Positions 34,513 through 45,158 of a stretch of DNA of 64,000 bases are shown piece after piece. The position numbers and the translations under genes were made by a program. The stretch lies in contig CAJWHW010000002.1 in the NCBI GenBank assembly GCA_913040915.1, forward strand, positions 1 through 64,000, read 5' to 3'. The notes under the pieces were generated by a model that saw only the letters and a list, made by a program, of their open reading frames with translations, searched no databases and was not told the origin of the DNA. Origin of the DNA: an uncultured Fidelibacterota bacterium (GTDB lineage: Bacteria > Fidelibacterota > Marinisomatia > Marinisomatales > UBA1611). Each line of letters starts with the position of its first letter. Position 1 is the first letter of the stretch.

Positions 34513-34698
34513 ATGGATGAACAAAGAGAAAAAGGTGCATCAAGGCGCAATAGTGATCGTAGAGATAATCATAGGAGAAATGAGCACAGAAGAAAAAGAA
34601 ATTCAGATGTAGATGTTGAACGAAGAACAAAAGTCGATCAAAGAAAAGACTATCAGCGTCAATCTAACAGAAGATCTGGTCAGGAGCGGAGGCATTAA
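34513..34698 (+). CDS. Arg-rich microprotein with tandem (D/E)RR motifs
   Basis: AAGGAG SD upstream; MDEQREKGASRRNSDRRDNHRRNEHRRKRNSDVDVERRTKVDQRKDYQRQSNRRSGQERRH. Confidence 0.75.
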   Translation: MDEQREKGASRRNSDRRDNHRRNEHRRKRNSDVDVERRTKVDQRKDYQRQSNRRSGQERRH

Positions 34699-34716
34699 TA
34701 AAAAGACAATTATTTT

Positions 34717-35145
34717 TTATATATAATTGATTAATGTTTTTAACGCCTCTAAGTATCCAGGTTTCCCTAAACCTGAAATTTGATCTATGCACTTTTCCTT
34801 TATTACTGATATTCTTCTGAATTCCTCTCTTTGATTTATGTCACTGATGTGGACTTCAACTACTGGAGTCTTTATAGAAGAAATTGCATCTCGAAGTGCA
34901 TATGAATAATGTGTTAATGCACCTGGGTTAATAATTATTCCATCAAATTTGTGTACAGAATTGTGAATTTGATCAATAAGATCTCCCTCGTGGTTAGATT
35001 GGAACCAAATTATTTCATGCTCAGCTGATTCTATTTGAGAGTCAAGCCAAGATTCAATATCATTTAATGAATCGGTTCCATAAATATCAGGTTCTCTTAA
35101 CCCTAATAGATTGAGATTAGGACCATTTAAGACTAAAAACTTCAT
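34717..35145 (-). CDS. aroQ: Type II 3-dehydroquinate dehydratase
   Basis: LNGPNLNLLG.REP.IYG, NPGA.THYS, EVHIS. Confidence 0.97.
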   Translation of the reverse strand: MKFLVLNGPNLNLLGLREPDIYGTDSLNDIESWLDSQIESAEHEIIWFQSNHEGDLIDQIHNSVHKFDGIIINPGALTHYSYALRDAISSIKTPVVEVHISDINQREEFRRISVIKEKCIDQISGLGKPGYLEALKTLINYI

Positions 35146-36212
35146 TGAATTACTCGAAGAGATTCTTTGATTAATTGCTCAGAAACTTCTTGAGACGTAT
35201 TTCCTTTGCCAAGCTTATCTAAAACCACAAAATGAAGGATTCCATTTCTAACTTTTTTATCCTTTTTAACAAAAGATAAAATCGTATTTGGGTCTAATTT
35301 TTTAACATTAGGCAGTTTAAGTTTATTAATTGTATTAAATAAGTGAATTTCATCATCTGCGTTGAGCCGTCCGATTTTTTTGGATATCCACGCTGCACAT
35401 TTCATTCCTAGAGCTACAGCTTCACCATGTCGTATTCGTCCATATCCAGAATACGCTTCCAAAGCATGACCAATGGTGTGACCAAAATTTAATAGTTTTC
35501 TCAATCCATCTTCCCGTTCATCTTTAGAAACAATTTCAGCTTTAATCTCACAAGATCTGAATATCGCTTTTTCAAAAGGAAAATTATTTAAATCATCAAG
35601 CCAAAATGATATGTCGTTAAAGAAATTACGATCCCATATAGCACCATATTTTATAATTTCACCCAAACCAGCGATAGTCTCTTCTTTGGGCAAAGAGTTC
35701 AATATTTTAGGATCCACCAAAACTCCTTTTGGTTGATAAATAGATCCAATAAGGTTTTTCCCTTCAGCAATATTAATTCCTGTTTTCCCTCCAATTGCAG
35801 AATCCACCATAGCCAAAAGCGTTGTGGGAATTTGATAATAATCAATACCACGCATGAAAGATGATGAAACAAACCCACCTACATCACCGACCACACCACC
35901 ACCCAATGCCAATACAACTGAAGATCTGTCACATTTGTATTCAATCATCTGGTTAATTAATTTGCTGAATTCATTTAAGCTTTTAGCAGTCTCTCCTATG
36001 GGAAGTGTTAAATAATCTATATCAAAGTCAGCATTTTTCAGTTCATTCATTAGTTGAAATCCAAATAATTCCATGAGCTTATGTTGAGATATAATTATCC
36101 ACTTTTGACCGTGATTATGTTCAGACAAAAGTGCAGGGGCGCTCTGAAGTAGCCCCGATTTTACCTGAATTGGGTAAGAGCGAGTGCCTAGCTTAACTTG
36201 GATATTTTTCAT
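35142..36212 (-). CDS. aroB: 3-dehydroquinate synthase
   Basis: GGGVVGD, PTTLLAMVDSAIGGKTG, LNFGHT.GHA.E, HGEAV. Confidence 0.97.
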   Translation of the reverse strand: MKNIQVKLGTRSYPIQVKSGLLQSAPALLSEHNHGQKWIIISQHKLMELFGFQLMNELKNADFDIDYLTLPIGETAKSLNEFSKLINQMIEYKCDRSSVVLALGGGVVGDVGGFVSSSFMRGIDYYQIPTTLLAMVDSAIGGKTGINIAEGKNLIGSIYQPKGVLVDPKILNSLPKEETIAGLGEIIKYGAIWDRNFFNDISFWLDDLNNFPFEKAIFRSCEIKAEIVSKDEREDGLRKLLNFGHTIGHALEAYSGYGRIRHGEAVALGMKCAAWISKKIGRLNADDEIHLFNTINKLKLPNVKKLDPNTILSFVKKDKKVRNGILHFVVLDKLGKGNTSQEVSEQLIKESLRVIQ

Positions 36213-36706
36213 GATTTTAGATTAATTAAAATTTCATTTGTGATTATTTCAGGAGTTTTTCCATCAGTTTCTATAGTTATATCTGCCGTAGATGAATAAT
36301 GATCTTTTCGTTTTGACCACAATTCACTAAGTGAATCTTCTGGGGAATTTTGAGCCAATAGAGGCCTTTTATTTGAATACTTTAATCTATTTGTTAATTC
36401 TCTAATGGAAGCTGTTAATAAGATAGTAGTACCATTTCTTCTAATCAGGTTACGGTTTTCTTCTTTCAGTATAATTCCACCACCACAAGATATAACTGAA
36501 TCTGAAACTTTTTTAAGATGTTCTGTTTCTATTTTTCTGAAAATATTTTCTCCATCTATCCTAAATATATCAGAAATAGTCCTTTTTGTACTTTTTTCAA
36601 TCTCTTCATCTAGGTCAATAAATGGCTTTTTCACCTTATTTGCTAACAAGATACCTATGGTTGATTTACCTGTACCCATCATTCCAATTATGAAAATGTT
36701 CATCAA
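36209..36706 (-). CDS. aroK: Shikimate kinase
   Basis: GMMGTGKS P-loop, DLD, GE..FR, SCGGG, RPLL. Confidence 0.95.
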   Translation of the reverse strand: MMNIFIIGMMGTGKSTIGILLANKVKKPFIDLDEEIEKSTKRTISDIFRIDGENIFRKIETEHLKKVSDSVISCGGGIILKEENRNLIRRNGTTILLTASIRELTNRLKYSNKRPLLAQNSPEDSLSELWSKRKDHYSSTADITIETDGKTPEIITNEILINLKS

Positions 36707-37863
36707 TATTTTGCAGTAGCATTTAAATGAGCTTTGAGTTGCTCCATGGAATCGCCTCCAAACTTTTCCAATAATGCATCAACAAGTACAAAACATAACA
36801 TACTTTCTGCAATGATTGAAGCTGCAGGTACAGCACATGAATCTGTTCTCTCTTTATGTGCGTTTTTCTTTTCTTTAGTATTAATATCAATAGATCGTAA
36901 TGGTTTGATAAGAGTTGGGATTGGTTTCATTGCAATTTTTAGAACTATAGGCTGGGCATTACTCATCCCACCTTCAATTCCGCCCGCATTATTTGAGTAT
37001 CGGGTAAATTTTTTCCCATCATAACCAATTTCATCATGAACTTCACTACCAAATATTTTTGCGCCTACAAAACCACTGCCAATTTCTATTGCTTTAAATG
37101 CATTCACACTCATCATCATTGCTGATAAGCGCGTTTGTAGTTTTCTATCCCATTGAGTATGTGCACCAAGTCCATAGGGAACCCCTGTTGCAATCACTTC
37201 AAAAATCCCTCCTACTGAATCACCTCTTTCTTTGGCACTTTTGATTTTGTTTATCATTTTTATTTCAGCATCATTATCTAGACAGCGAACATCCGATTCA
37301 TCTGCTTTTTCACTCAATTGATTTGGTGTAAGATTCTTGGGCAAAGGATGATCATCCCTTATATCATGAATCTCGATCACTCGGCTTCCAACTTCTATAT
37401 CCACATCTTCCAATAATTTTCGACAAATGGACCCAAGTGCTACACGCATGGCGGTTTCTCGTGCACTGGAACGTTCCAAAACATTACGAATATCATCGAA
37501 TCCATATTTTTGAACGCCAGCCAGATCTGCATGCCCGGGTCGTGGGAGAGTTACTTTCCGAATATCACCTTCTACTGGATTTATGGACATTTTCTTAGTC
37601 CAGTTTTTCCAATCCTTATTTTTAATAATAAGTCCGACAGGTGCACCTATAGTTTTACCATGGCGAATACCAGACCAAATTTCAGCATAATCACTTTCAA
37701 TTTTCATTCTTCCTCCACGGCCATATCCCATTTGGCGTCGCTGAAGATGTCTACCTATATATTTTTCAGAAATTTCTAATCCTGCAGGTATGCCATCTAA
37801 GATACCTAGCAAACCTTTTCCATGAGATTCCCCAGCTGTTAAAAATTTAATTTGTCTTAACAT
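36703..37863 (-). CDS. aroC: Chorismate synthase
   Basis: TAGESHG, PRPGHAD, ERSSARET, GGIEGG, KPIPT. Confidence 0.98.
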   Translation of the reverse strand: MLRQIKFLTAGESHGKGLLGILDGIPAGLEISEKYIGRHLQRRQMGYGRGGRMKIESDYAEIWSGIRHGKTIGAPVGLIIKNKDWKNWTKKMSINPVEGDIRKVTLPRPGHADLAGVQKYGFDDIRNVLERSSARETAMRVALGSICRKLLEDVDIEVGSRVIEIHDIRDDHPLPKNLTPNQLSEKADESDVRCLDNDAEIKMINKIKSAKERGDSVGGIFEVIATGVPYGLGAHTQWDRKLQTRLSAMMMSVNAFKAIEIGSGFVGAKIFGSEVHDEIGYDGKKFTRYSNNAGGIEGGMSNAQPIVLKIAMKPIPTLIKPLRSIDINTKEKKNAHKERTDSCAVPAASIIAESMLCFVLVDALLEKFGGDSMEQLKAHLNATAKY

Positions 37864-38663
37864 AATTTTAATTTTAATACCTTTTTAATTTTTCCTAAGT
37901 CAACTTGTTTAGAAATATTTTGTTTAAACCATATATCACAAGATGCCAAACCCTGGGCAATGAACATATCTAAACCAATTACGGTTTTAACTTTAACCTC
38001 AATACCTTTTTTAAGCCATTTTGTTTGAAGAGGGTTGTAAATAGTTTCAACCAGTATATTTTTTTTGCAAAAATTAACACTCGGAATTGATTTAATATCT
38101 GGCCACATACCAATTGGAGTGCAGTTTATGATTATTTGGTAATGATGCGGCTTGTTTAATTGTTGAACTTGTGTTGTATGTATAGTAGATATTTTTTTTA
38201 TCCATTTGACAAGGTTCTTTGCTCTTTCAATAGTACGGTTAACAATTGTTATTGATTTTACTTTTTCCATAATCAGGGCATAAGCTACTGCCCGTGCTGC
38301 ACCCCCAGCACCAAGGAGCACACAATTTTGTTCATTTAAATCAATACCATTGATTTCCATGGCTCTGGAAAATCCAATCCAATCAGTATTATAGCCCGTA
38401 GAGTTATCTACGCAATTGACAGCACCAATGATTTGGGCGGCATCATCCAATCTATCCAAGAAAGGAATAATGGATTCCTTGTGTGGCAGGGTGACATTGA
38501 AACCATTTAATTGGTTTGAATTTATAAATAAGTCCATTGAATTATCTTCTACCTGAATTTTTTCATATTCAGCTTTAATATTTAATTGTTTATATATTTC
38601 GTGATGTAACGTTGTACTCAAACTATGAGCGATAGGGTCACCAATAACTGCAAATCGTTTCAT
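37857..38663 (-). CDS. aroE: Shikimate dehydrogenase
   Basis: HSLS, GFNVTLPHK, GAVN, NTD, GAGGAA, NRT. Confidence 0.95.
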   Translation of the reverse strand: MKRFAVIGDPIAHSLSTTLHHEIYKQLNIKAEYEKIQVEDNSMDLFINSNQLNGFNVTLPHKESIIPFLDRLDDAAQIIGAVNCVDNSTGYNTDWIGFSRAMEINGIDLNEQNCVLLGAGGAARAVAYALIMEKVKSITIVNRTIERAKNLVKWIKKISTIHTTQVQQLNKPHHYQIIINCTPIGMWPDIKSIPSVNFCKKNILVETIYNPLQTKWLKKGIEVKVKTVIGLDMFIAQGLASCDIWFKQNISKQVDLGKIKKVLKLKLC

Positions 38664-39907
38664 CGACGCAACCTTGCTAATCCATCATAGAACTCTGGAT
38701 AAGAAATAGAAGCACAGTCCGGATAGTCTAAAAGCAATTCACCATCACTAATAATTCCTGCAACAGTAAAGGCCATTGCTATCCTGTGATCCCGAAATGT
38801 TTCAATTTTTGCACCCTTTAATTGTGTTGGTCCATGAATAATAAACCCATCTTTAAATTCTTCGATTCTACCACCCATATTTTTCAAATTGCTACAGATG
38901 GCATGAATTCTATCACACTCTTTTACACGGAGTTCTTCTGCGCCTCTGACCACAGTTTTTCCAATTGCCTGGGTAGCCAAAATTGCAAGTATAGGTAATT
39001 CATCAATTATCCCAGGTACATCTTTTTTGGAAATTGATGTGCCCCTTAACTGTTGATAAACTACCCGTATATTACCTATTGGTTCTCCTGAATTGGTCCA
39101 TTGTTTGATGCAGGTTATCCTAGCACCCATTTTTTGGAGTATACTATAAAAACCAATTCGAGTGGGATTCCTTAAAATACTATTCAGAGTCAAATCCGAG
39201 TTTGGAACCATTGCTGCAGCTGCAGCAAAAAATGCAGCTGTGGATGGATCACCTGGGACCGTAAGTTGTATAGGAGCTAGGGGACGATTAGTTTTGGAAA
39301 TAATTGTCTTTAGTTTATTAGTTAAGATGTTAGCGCCCATACTCTTTAGCATTCGTTCAGTATGATCCCTAGAAAGAATCGGTTCAGTTATTGATGTTTC
39401 ATTTTTTGAGCCTAAGCCTGCCAGAAGTACAGCTGATTTTACTTGGGCACTTGCTATTGGTGAATTATAATGAATATTATTCAGATTACTCTTGTAAATG
39501 GTTATAGGCAATTTCCCATGATTACTTTTTGATTCCAATCCCATTTGTGATAATGGATCTAAAATACGATCCATAGGACGTGAAGAGAGAGAATCATCTC
39601 CAATTAAAGTTGCATTAATGCCCTTCATGTGTAAAAGTCCTAAAAGCAATCGTGCTGTAGTTCCCGAATTTCCACAGTCTAATGGTTTTGTTGGGTCTAA
39701 AAATTTTCCCCCAATCACGATCAAAACATCTCCATTATTTTCAAATTGAATACCACAGCTTTTTAGACAGGATATAGTAGTTTGTAAATCGGCACCAGTG
39801 GATAAATTAGAAATCCGAGACTCTCCATCAGAAATAGCTGCAAACATAAGAGCGCGATGAGAGATTGACTTATCTCCCGGCAATGAGATTTTACCCTGAA
39901 TGGCCAT
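38660..39907 (-). CDS. aroA: EPSP synthase
   Basis: PGDKSISHR, GNSGTT, SAQVKSA, RVKECDR, DHRIAM. Confidence 0.98.
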   Translation of the reverse strand: MAIQGKISLPGDKSISHRALMFAAISDGESRISNLSTGADLQTTISCLKSCGIQFENNGDVLIVIGGKFLDPTKPLDCGNSGTTARLLLGLLHMKGINATLIGDDSLSSRPMDRILDPLSQMGLESKSNHGKLPITIYKSNLNNIHYNSPIASAQVKSAVLLAGLGSKNETSITEPILSRDHTERMLKSMGANILTNKLKTIISKTNRPLAPIQLTVPGDPSTAAFFAAAAAMVPNSDLTLNSILRNPTRIGFYSILQKMGARITCIKQWTNSGEPIGNIRVVYQQLRGTSISKKDVPGIIDELPILAILATQAIGKTVVRGAEELRVKECDRIHAICSNLKNMGGRIEEFKDGFIIHGPTQLKGAKIETFRDHRIAMAFTVAGIISDGELLLDYPDCASISYPEFYDGLARLRR

Positions 39908-41240
39908 TAGACTTTAATTCATCTGCAATCAAAAAAGCTAATTCTATAGCCTGATTTGCATTAAGGCGTGGATCACAGTGAGTATGGTAACGGTTTGATA
40001 AATCAGATTCAGATATATCATCTAATCCGCCAGTACATTCTGTCACATTTTGTCCAGTCATTTCTAAATGAATACCTCCTAAATGTGAATCATTATTTTT
40101 GTGTATTTTAATATTTTGTTTTACTTCTTCTAAAATATGATCAAATGGTCGTGTTTTAATTCCACCAGAACTCTTAATTGTATTACCATGCATTGGGTCG
40201 CAGGACCAAATAACAGTTCTGCCTTCAGACTGTACTTTTTCGACTAGCTTGGGTAAGTAGAATTCAACTTTTTTATGACCAAACCTTGTAATTAATGTAA
40301 TCCTACCAGCCTGATCATTGGGATTAAGAATATCGAGAAGCTTAATTAATTCGTCAGCATCTAAAGAAGGACCACACTTAATGCCAATTGGATTATTGAT
40401 TCCTCGGCAAAATTCTATATGAGCACTTTCTTCAAATCGCGTCCGATCTCCGATCCAGACAAAATGGGCTGATGTGTTATAAATATCACCAGATGTTGAA
40501 TCGATTCGAGTCATTGCCTCTTCATATGGAAGTAATAATGCTTCGTGACTTGTATAATAATGCACTTGCCGGAGTTGAGGTGTATTGCTAGAATTAATTC
40601 CTAGTGCATCCATAAAGTTCAAGCTTTCTTGAATCTGATGAGCTAAATGTCGGTACCTTTCACCCTGCGGACCGCTTTTCACAAAACCCATATTCCAGGA
40701 GTTAACATGGCGAAGATCAGCGTAGCCTCCATCGGCAAAAGCTCGTAGTAAGTTTAAAGTAGATGCGGCTTGAGAATAGGCCTTTAGCATTCGGTCTGGG
40801 TCTGGTTGTCGTTTATTTGCTTCAAAATGGATATCATTAATTATATCACCAGTGTAGCTTGGGAGTTCTATCCCATTTTTAGTTTCAGTAGGACTTGAAC
40901 GAGGTTTGGCAAATTGTCCTGCCATTCTGCCAACTTTAACGACAGGGAGATTGGCTCCAGATGTTAGGATTACTGCCATCTGTAAAATGACCCTAAATGT
41001 ATCCCGAATATTGTCAGCATTAAATTCTGTAAAACTTTCTGCGCAATCTCCACCTTGTAAGAGAAAGCCATTGCCTTCTGCCACTTCTGCCAGTGATCGC
41101 TTTAAAGAACGAACTTCACCCGCAAAAACTAAAGGCGGAAATCCTTTCAATATATTTTCAACTTCACTTAAATGATCTTGATTTGAATAATTTGGAATAT
41201 GTTTTGCTGTAAAATTCCGCCAACTATCAGGTTGCCACAT
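39891..41240 (-). CDS. Class II DAHP synthase
   Basis: LQGGDCAESF, RMAGQFAKPRS, WIGDRTR, CDPMHGN, CDPRLN. Confidence 0.97.
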   Translation of the reverse strand: MWQPDSWRNFTAKHIPNYSNQDHLSEVENILKGFPPLVFAGEVRSLKRSLAEVAEGNGFLLQGGDCAESFTEFNADNIRDTFRVILQMAVILTSGANLPVVKVGRMAGQFAKPRSSPTETKNGIELPSYTGDIINDIHFEANKRQPDPDRMLKAYSQAASTLNLLRAFADGGYADLRHVNSWNMGFVKSGPQGERYRHLAHQIQESLNFMDALGINSSNTPQLRQVHYYTSHEALLLPYEEAMTRIDSTSGDIYNTSAHFVWIGDRTRFEESAHIEFCRGINNPIGIKCGPSLDADELIKLLDILNPNDQAGRITLITRFGHKKVEFYLPKLVEKVQSEGRTVIWSCDPMHGNTIKSSGGIKTRPFDHILEEVKQNIKIHKNNDSHLGGIHLEMTGQNVTECTGGLDDISESDLSNRYHTHCDPRLNANQAIELAFLIADELKSNGHSG

Positions 41241-41964
41241 TTTTTAATTTCTCCATACGATTATCTAAAGATTCCATTGCCAGTTTGACATTTTTTATCA
41301 TGTCTTTTGTATAGGGGTTATAAAGTTGCAGATCTGTATATAATTCCCACGTATCGTTACAGGTTTGATCTACTAAGTCCAGTAGGTCGCGAAACCCTTG
41401 AGTGTCAATAACAGTTTTACTGATACCATATTCCTTTAGCATTCTACCAAGAAAATGTGTTACTCCCTGAGTTTTAGCGGCCAGTTTATCATGTTGATCT
41501 GGAGACATTTCCATAACTTGGATTCCTTGATCAGTGAAAAATTGTTTCCAGAAAGAAAATTGGTTATGGTGATCTCGAGTATTGTCCATCATCATTTTTA
41601 GGCGATTATTCGAAAAATATGAATCGGGTCCAAACATGGGGTGGGTAGCAATGATACTTACCTGTTCCGGAAGTATCTTTTTCATGACTTCAGTAGGATA
41701 TTTTTTCACTGAACATACATCAATTACTAAGGCTTGTTCAGAAAGCTTTGAAGCAATATTCTGGATCACGGATTCAAAGTGCCTTATCGGAACTGCAATG
41801 AAAATTACCTCTTCCTTTAAAACAGTGGTTAAGTCAGCAATTTCCACTCCGGTGAATGTATGAGGAGGGGTCAGGTCGTATGTTTTAATAGCGAACCCTT
41901 TTTGTAAAATATTGGCTAGAACTTTTCCAAATCTGCCAAAACCTATTAATCCTACACTTTTCAT
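41227..41964 (-). CDS. tyrA: Prephenate/arogenate dehydrogenase
   Basis: GFGRFG, DVCSVK, THPMFGP, HD..AA..QG.TH. Confidence 0.92.
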   Translation of the reverse strand: MKSVGLIGFGRFGKVLANILQKGFAIKTYDLTPPHTFTGVEIADLTTVLKEEVIFIAVPIRHFESVIQNIASKLSEQALVIDVCSVKKYPTEVMKKILPEQVSIIATHPMFGPDSYFSNNRLKMMMDNTRDHHNQFSFWKQFFTDQGIQVMEMSPDQHDKLAAKTQGVTHFLGRMLKEYGISKTVIDTQGFRDLLDLVDQTCNDTWELYTDLQLYNPYTKDMIKNVKLAMESLDNRMEKLKNVAT

Positions 41965-42534
41965 TTATTCTCCAAGGTGTTTAACCCCAAGAAATAAGGT
42001 CAAATTATGCTTTAGGTCATGAATACTTTCTTGGAGGATCTCAAGTCCATAAAGGTCTGCGCAAGCTTTATTGGCAATAACACCTGCAGTTGGTGGTAGT
42101 TTTCCTTCTGATAACCTTCTTGCTGCTTCTGCTGTATCATCTTCCTCGATAAGTGGACGTGTCCAAAAATGTTCACTCAGGTAATCTTTACACTGCCGCA
42201 GAGCTTGTTGGTGAGAATGGATTTCAGTCACATCTCCAATATTAGTACCGGTTAATCCTAAAAGATTTTGATTAACAGTGATGTGAAACATTTCTACAAT
42301 TTCACAGCGATATTTTGCTAAAGCTTCTACACTTTCGATCACGACTCCGCCTTGGGCATTTTCCATAGCAAAAACACCATACTCTGTAACACCATTTTCA
42401 ACACCATGCAGCACAGATTTTGATGAAATTTGATAAATAACTTTTGCATCTAAAATTCCGTGGTTTTTTGCAAATTCAGATGCAGCTTCTTCTGAAAAAC
42501 TTCCTTTTCCGCCTTGTATACCAATAGTACTCAT
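41965..42534 (-). CDS. pheA: Prephenate dehydratase, catalytic domain only
   Basis: QGGKGSFSE.A, EN...G.V, SHQQAL.QC, DTAEAA, N.T.F; ends before any ACT domain. Confidence 0.88.
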   Translation of the reverse strand: MSTIGIQGGKGSFSEEAASEFAKNHGILDAKVIYQISSKSVLHGVENGVTEYGVFAMENAQGGVVIESVEALAKYRCEIVEMFHITVNQNLLGLTGTNIGDVTEIHSHQQALRQCKDYLSEHFWTRPLIEEDDTAEAARRLSEGKLPPTAGVIANKACADLYGLEILQESIHDLKHNLTLFLGVKHLGE

Positions 42535-43301
42535 AAAATTCCTTTCAGTTCTTTAATAAATTGGTTTGTTTTTGTAATAGGATCATCACAGTTATCCATA
42601 TTATTAATAATTGCTGATCCTACAACTGCACCATCCGAATAATTATTAAACCAAACAACATCATCTTTATTACTAATACCAAACCCTACTATAAATGGAG
42701 TCGTACTATTTTCACGAACTCTTGTTAAATAATTTTTTAAAGCATCCCTTGATATAAGATTATCTCCAGTAATACCTAATATGCTTACTGCATAAATGAG
42801 ATCTCCTGCTAATATTGAAATGTTTTTAATTCGTTCATTAGTTGTATTTGGTGCTACCAACAAGATAGGGGAGATGCCTTTTTCTTTGGCTAACTCACAA
42901 AATGACTCGGCCTCATCTAATGGTAAATCAGGAAGAATCAAACCATCCACACCTGAAGCAACACAACGATCTAGAAAAATCTCGTGCCCCATTTTTAAGA
43001 TCGGATTATAATATCCCATCAGGGCTAAAGGGATGGAAACTTTATTACGTATCTGCGTTGCTTGCTCAAAAATCAAATTTAATGTTATACCATTATCTAA
43101 GGCCTGCTGGCTAGATGCTTGAATTATAGGTCCATCTGCTTGTGGGTCAGAAAATGGAATTCCAATCTCAATCATATCTGCCCCTGCATCAGTGGCAGCA
43201 CAGACTAACTCTACAGTACTGTCTAAATTTGGATATCCTGCTGTTATGAAAGGAATGAGTTTTTTTCGAGGTTCTTTAAATAAAGCTTGAATACCGTTCA
43301 T
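42531..43301 (-). CDS. trpA: Tryptophan synthase alpha subunit
   Basis: [33 protein letters not shown]. Confidence 0.98.
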   Translation of the reverse strand: MNGIQALFKEPRKKLIPFITAGYPNLDSTVELVCAATDAGADMIEIGIPFSDPQADGPIIQASSQQALDNGITLNLIFEQATQIRNKVSIPLALMGYYNPILKMGHEIFLDRCVASGVDGLILPDLPLDEAESFCELAKEKGISPILLVAPNTTNERIKNISILAGDLIYAVSILGITGDNLISRDALKNYLTRVRENSTTPFIVGFGISNKDDVVWFNNYSDGAVVGSAIINNMDNCDDPITKTNQFIKELKGIL

Positions 43302-44503
43302 AGTTTTTCTCCTAAGGTTTCAGCAACGGTATTAACGTCTTTATCACCACGACCAGAAAGGCAGACCAAGACATCTTCATTTGGTTTAATTCCATTATTT
43401 GATTGACGTAAATAAGCTATAGCATGAGCAGTCTCAAGTGCTGGTAGTATACCTTCTTTTTTTGATAACCATTGAAATGCGTCTAATGCTTCCTGGTCTG
43501 TGGCAGAGCGGTATTCTATTCTACCTACTTCGTTTAAATAACTATGTTCTGGGCCGATGCCAGGATAATCTAGGCCAGCGGAAATGGAATGGGGTAGAAT
43601 AACCTGCCCATCATTATTTTGAAGTAAAGTAGAAGCAGCGCCATGCAATACTCCAAATTCTCCTTTATTCATAGTGGCAGCATGTTCTCCAGATTCAAGC
43701 CCTTTACCAGCTGCTTCAACTCCAATAATCTTTACATCATCTTTCAGAAATGAATAAAATAATCCCATTGCATTTGATCCGCCTCCCACACAGGCAACTA
43801 AACGATCTGGTAAAATTTTATCAGATTGTTGAGAAAATTGTTTTTTTGTCTCCTTCCCAATTATTGATTGAAAGTCTCTTACAAGCATTGGATAAGGATG
43901 GGGGCCAACGGTTGAGCCAATTAAATAATAGGTGGATTCAACATTAGTTACCCAATCACGGATAGCTTCATTGGTGGCATCCTTTAAAGTCATGCTACCT
44001 GAAGACACTGGTCTGACTTCAGCATTAAGTAATTTCATCCGAAATACATTTAATTTTTGTCTTCGTATGTCTTCTTCGCCCATATAAATAATACATTCTA
44101 ACCCAAATCGTGCAGCAACCGTAGCGGTGGCAACGCCATGCTGCCCAGCACCAGTTTCAGCAATAATTCGTTTTTTCCCCATTTGCTTAGCCAATAAGAT
44201 CTGCCCCAAAGCATTGTTGATTTTATGAGCTCCGGTATGATTTAGATCTTCTCTCTTTAGCCATATATTAAATTCCAATTCTTTTGAAATACGTTCTGCG
44301 AAGTAGAGAGCTGTCTCACGTCCTGAATAATGATTAAGTAAATTATTTAACTCATCTTGAAAAAAGCGATCATTTGTTGCCCTAAGATATTGTTTCTCTA
44401 ATTCTTCTAGAGCTGGAATAAGTGTCTCGGGTACATACTTTCCACCAAACTTATCAAAATGTCCTCGTTCATCTGGAAGGTTATAATTATCAAATTTTCT
44501 CAT
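43298..44503 (-). CDS. trpB: Tryptophan synthase beta subunit
   Basis: [37 protein letters not shown]; start moved to MRKF at 44503. Confidence 0.98.
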   Translation of the reverse strand: MRKFDNYNLPDERGHFDKFGGKYVPETLIPALEELEKQYLRATNDRFFQDELNNLLNHYSGRETALYFAERISKELEFNIWLKREDLNHTGAHKINNALGQILLAKQMGKKRIIAETGAGQHGVATATVAARFGLECIIYMGEEDIRRQKLNVFRMKLLNAEVRPVSSGSMTLKDATNEAIRDWVTNVESTYYLIGSTVGPHPYPMLVRDFQSIIGKETKKQFSQQSDKILPDRLVACVGGGSNAMGLFYSFLKDDVKIIGVEAAGKGLESGEHAATMNKGEFGVLHGAASTLLQNNDGQVILPHSISAGLDYPGIGPEHSYLNEVGRIEYRSATDQEALDAFQWLSKKEGILPALETAHAIAYLRQSNNGIKPNEDVLVCLSGRGDKDVNTVAETLGEKL

Positions 44504-44510
44504 TTTTTTA

Positions 44511-45158
44511 TCATGATTTAAGTAAACCAGAGAATACATTAAAATTTGTGACAGTATCTCTGATATTTTTAAAAAATAATTTAATTTTTAGGTGATCTTT
44601 TATGCCTGGTGATTTTTCTAAACCACTATTTAAGTCAATGGCATCAGGTTTCATTAATTTAATTGCCTTCAAAACATTTTCTGAATTAAGTCCGCCAGAA
44701 AGGATAATCGGTTTATCTGTTGGATTTATAAAAAGTGACCAGTCAAAAGTTTCTCCTGTGCCTCCATATTTATCCTTTGAAAAAGTATCAAATAAAAATG
44801 CATCTACATTATAATCATTCATAATTGAAAAGCTACCTGAATTTCTAATATGAAGTGCTTTTATTACAGGTAATTGAAACTGTTCACAGAATTCCGGTGA
44901 TTCATCTCCGTGTAATTGAATTATGTTCAAGGGCACATTTTGGACTGCTTCTAAAATGAATGGCATAGACTGATCAACAAAAACCCCCAGTTTTATTGTT
45001 TTATCAGGTAAATGATCTGAAATAAATTTTGCTTTTTTGATAGTGATAGCACGGGGACTCTTATCATAAAAAATAAATCCAATTGCTGCTGCACCAAATT
45101 CTAATGCGCATTGAGCATCTGCAATATTTGTAATCCCACATACCTTTGTTGCCATCAT
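44511..45158 (-). CDS. trpF: Phosphoribosylanthranilate isomerase
   Basis: KVCGIT, SPR, QLHGDE, GGTG..FDW, LSGGL. Confidence 0.96.
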   Translation of the reverse strand: MMATKVCGITNIADAQCALEFGAAAIGFIFYDKSPRAITIKKAKFISDHLPDKTIKLGVFVDQSMPFILEAVQNVPLNIIQLHGDESPEFCEQFQLPVIKALHIRNSGSFSIMNDYNVDAFLFDTFSKDKYGGTGETFDWSLFINPTDKPIILSGGLNSENVLKAIKLMKPDAIDLNSGLEKSPGIKDHLKIKLFFKNIRDTVTNFNVFSGLLKS

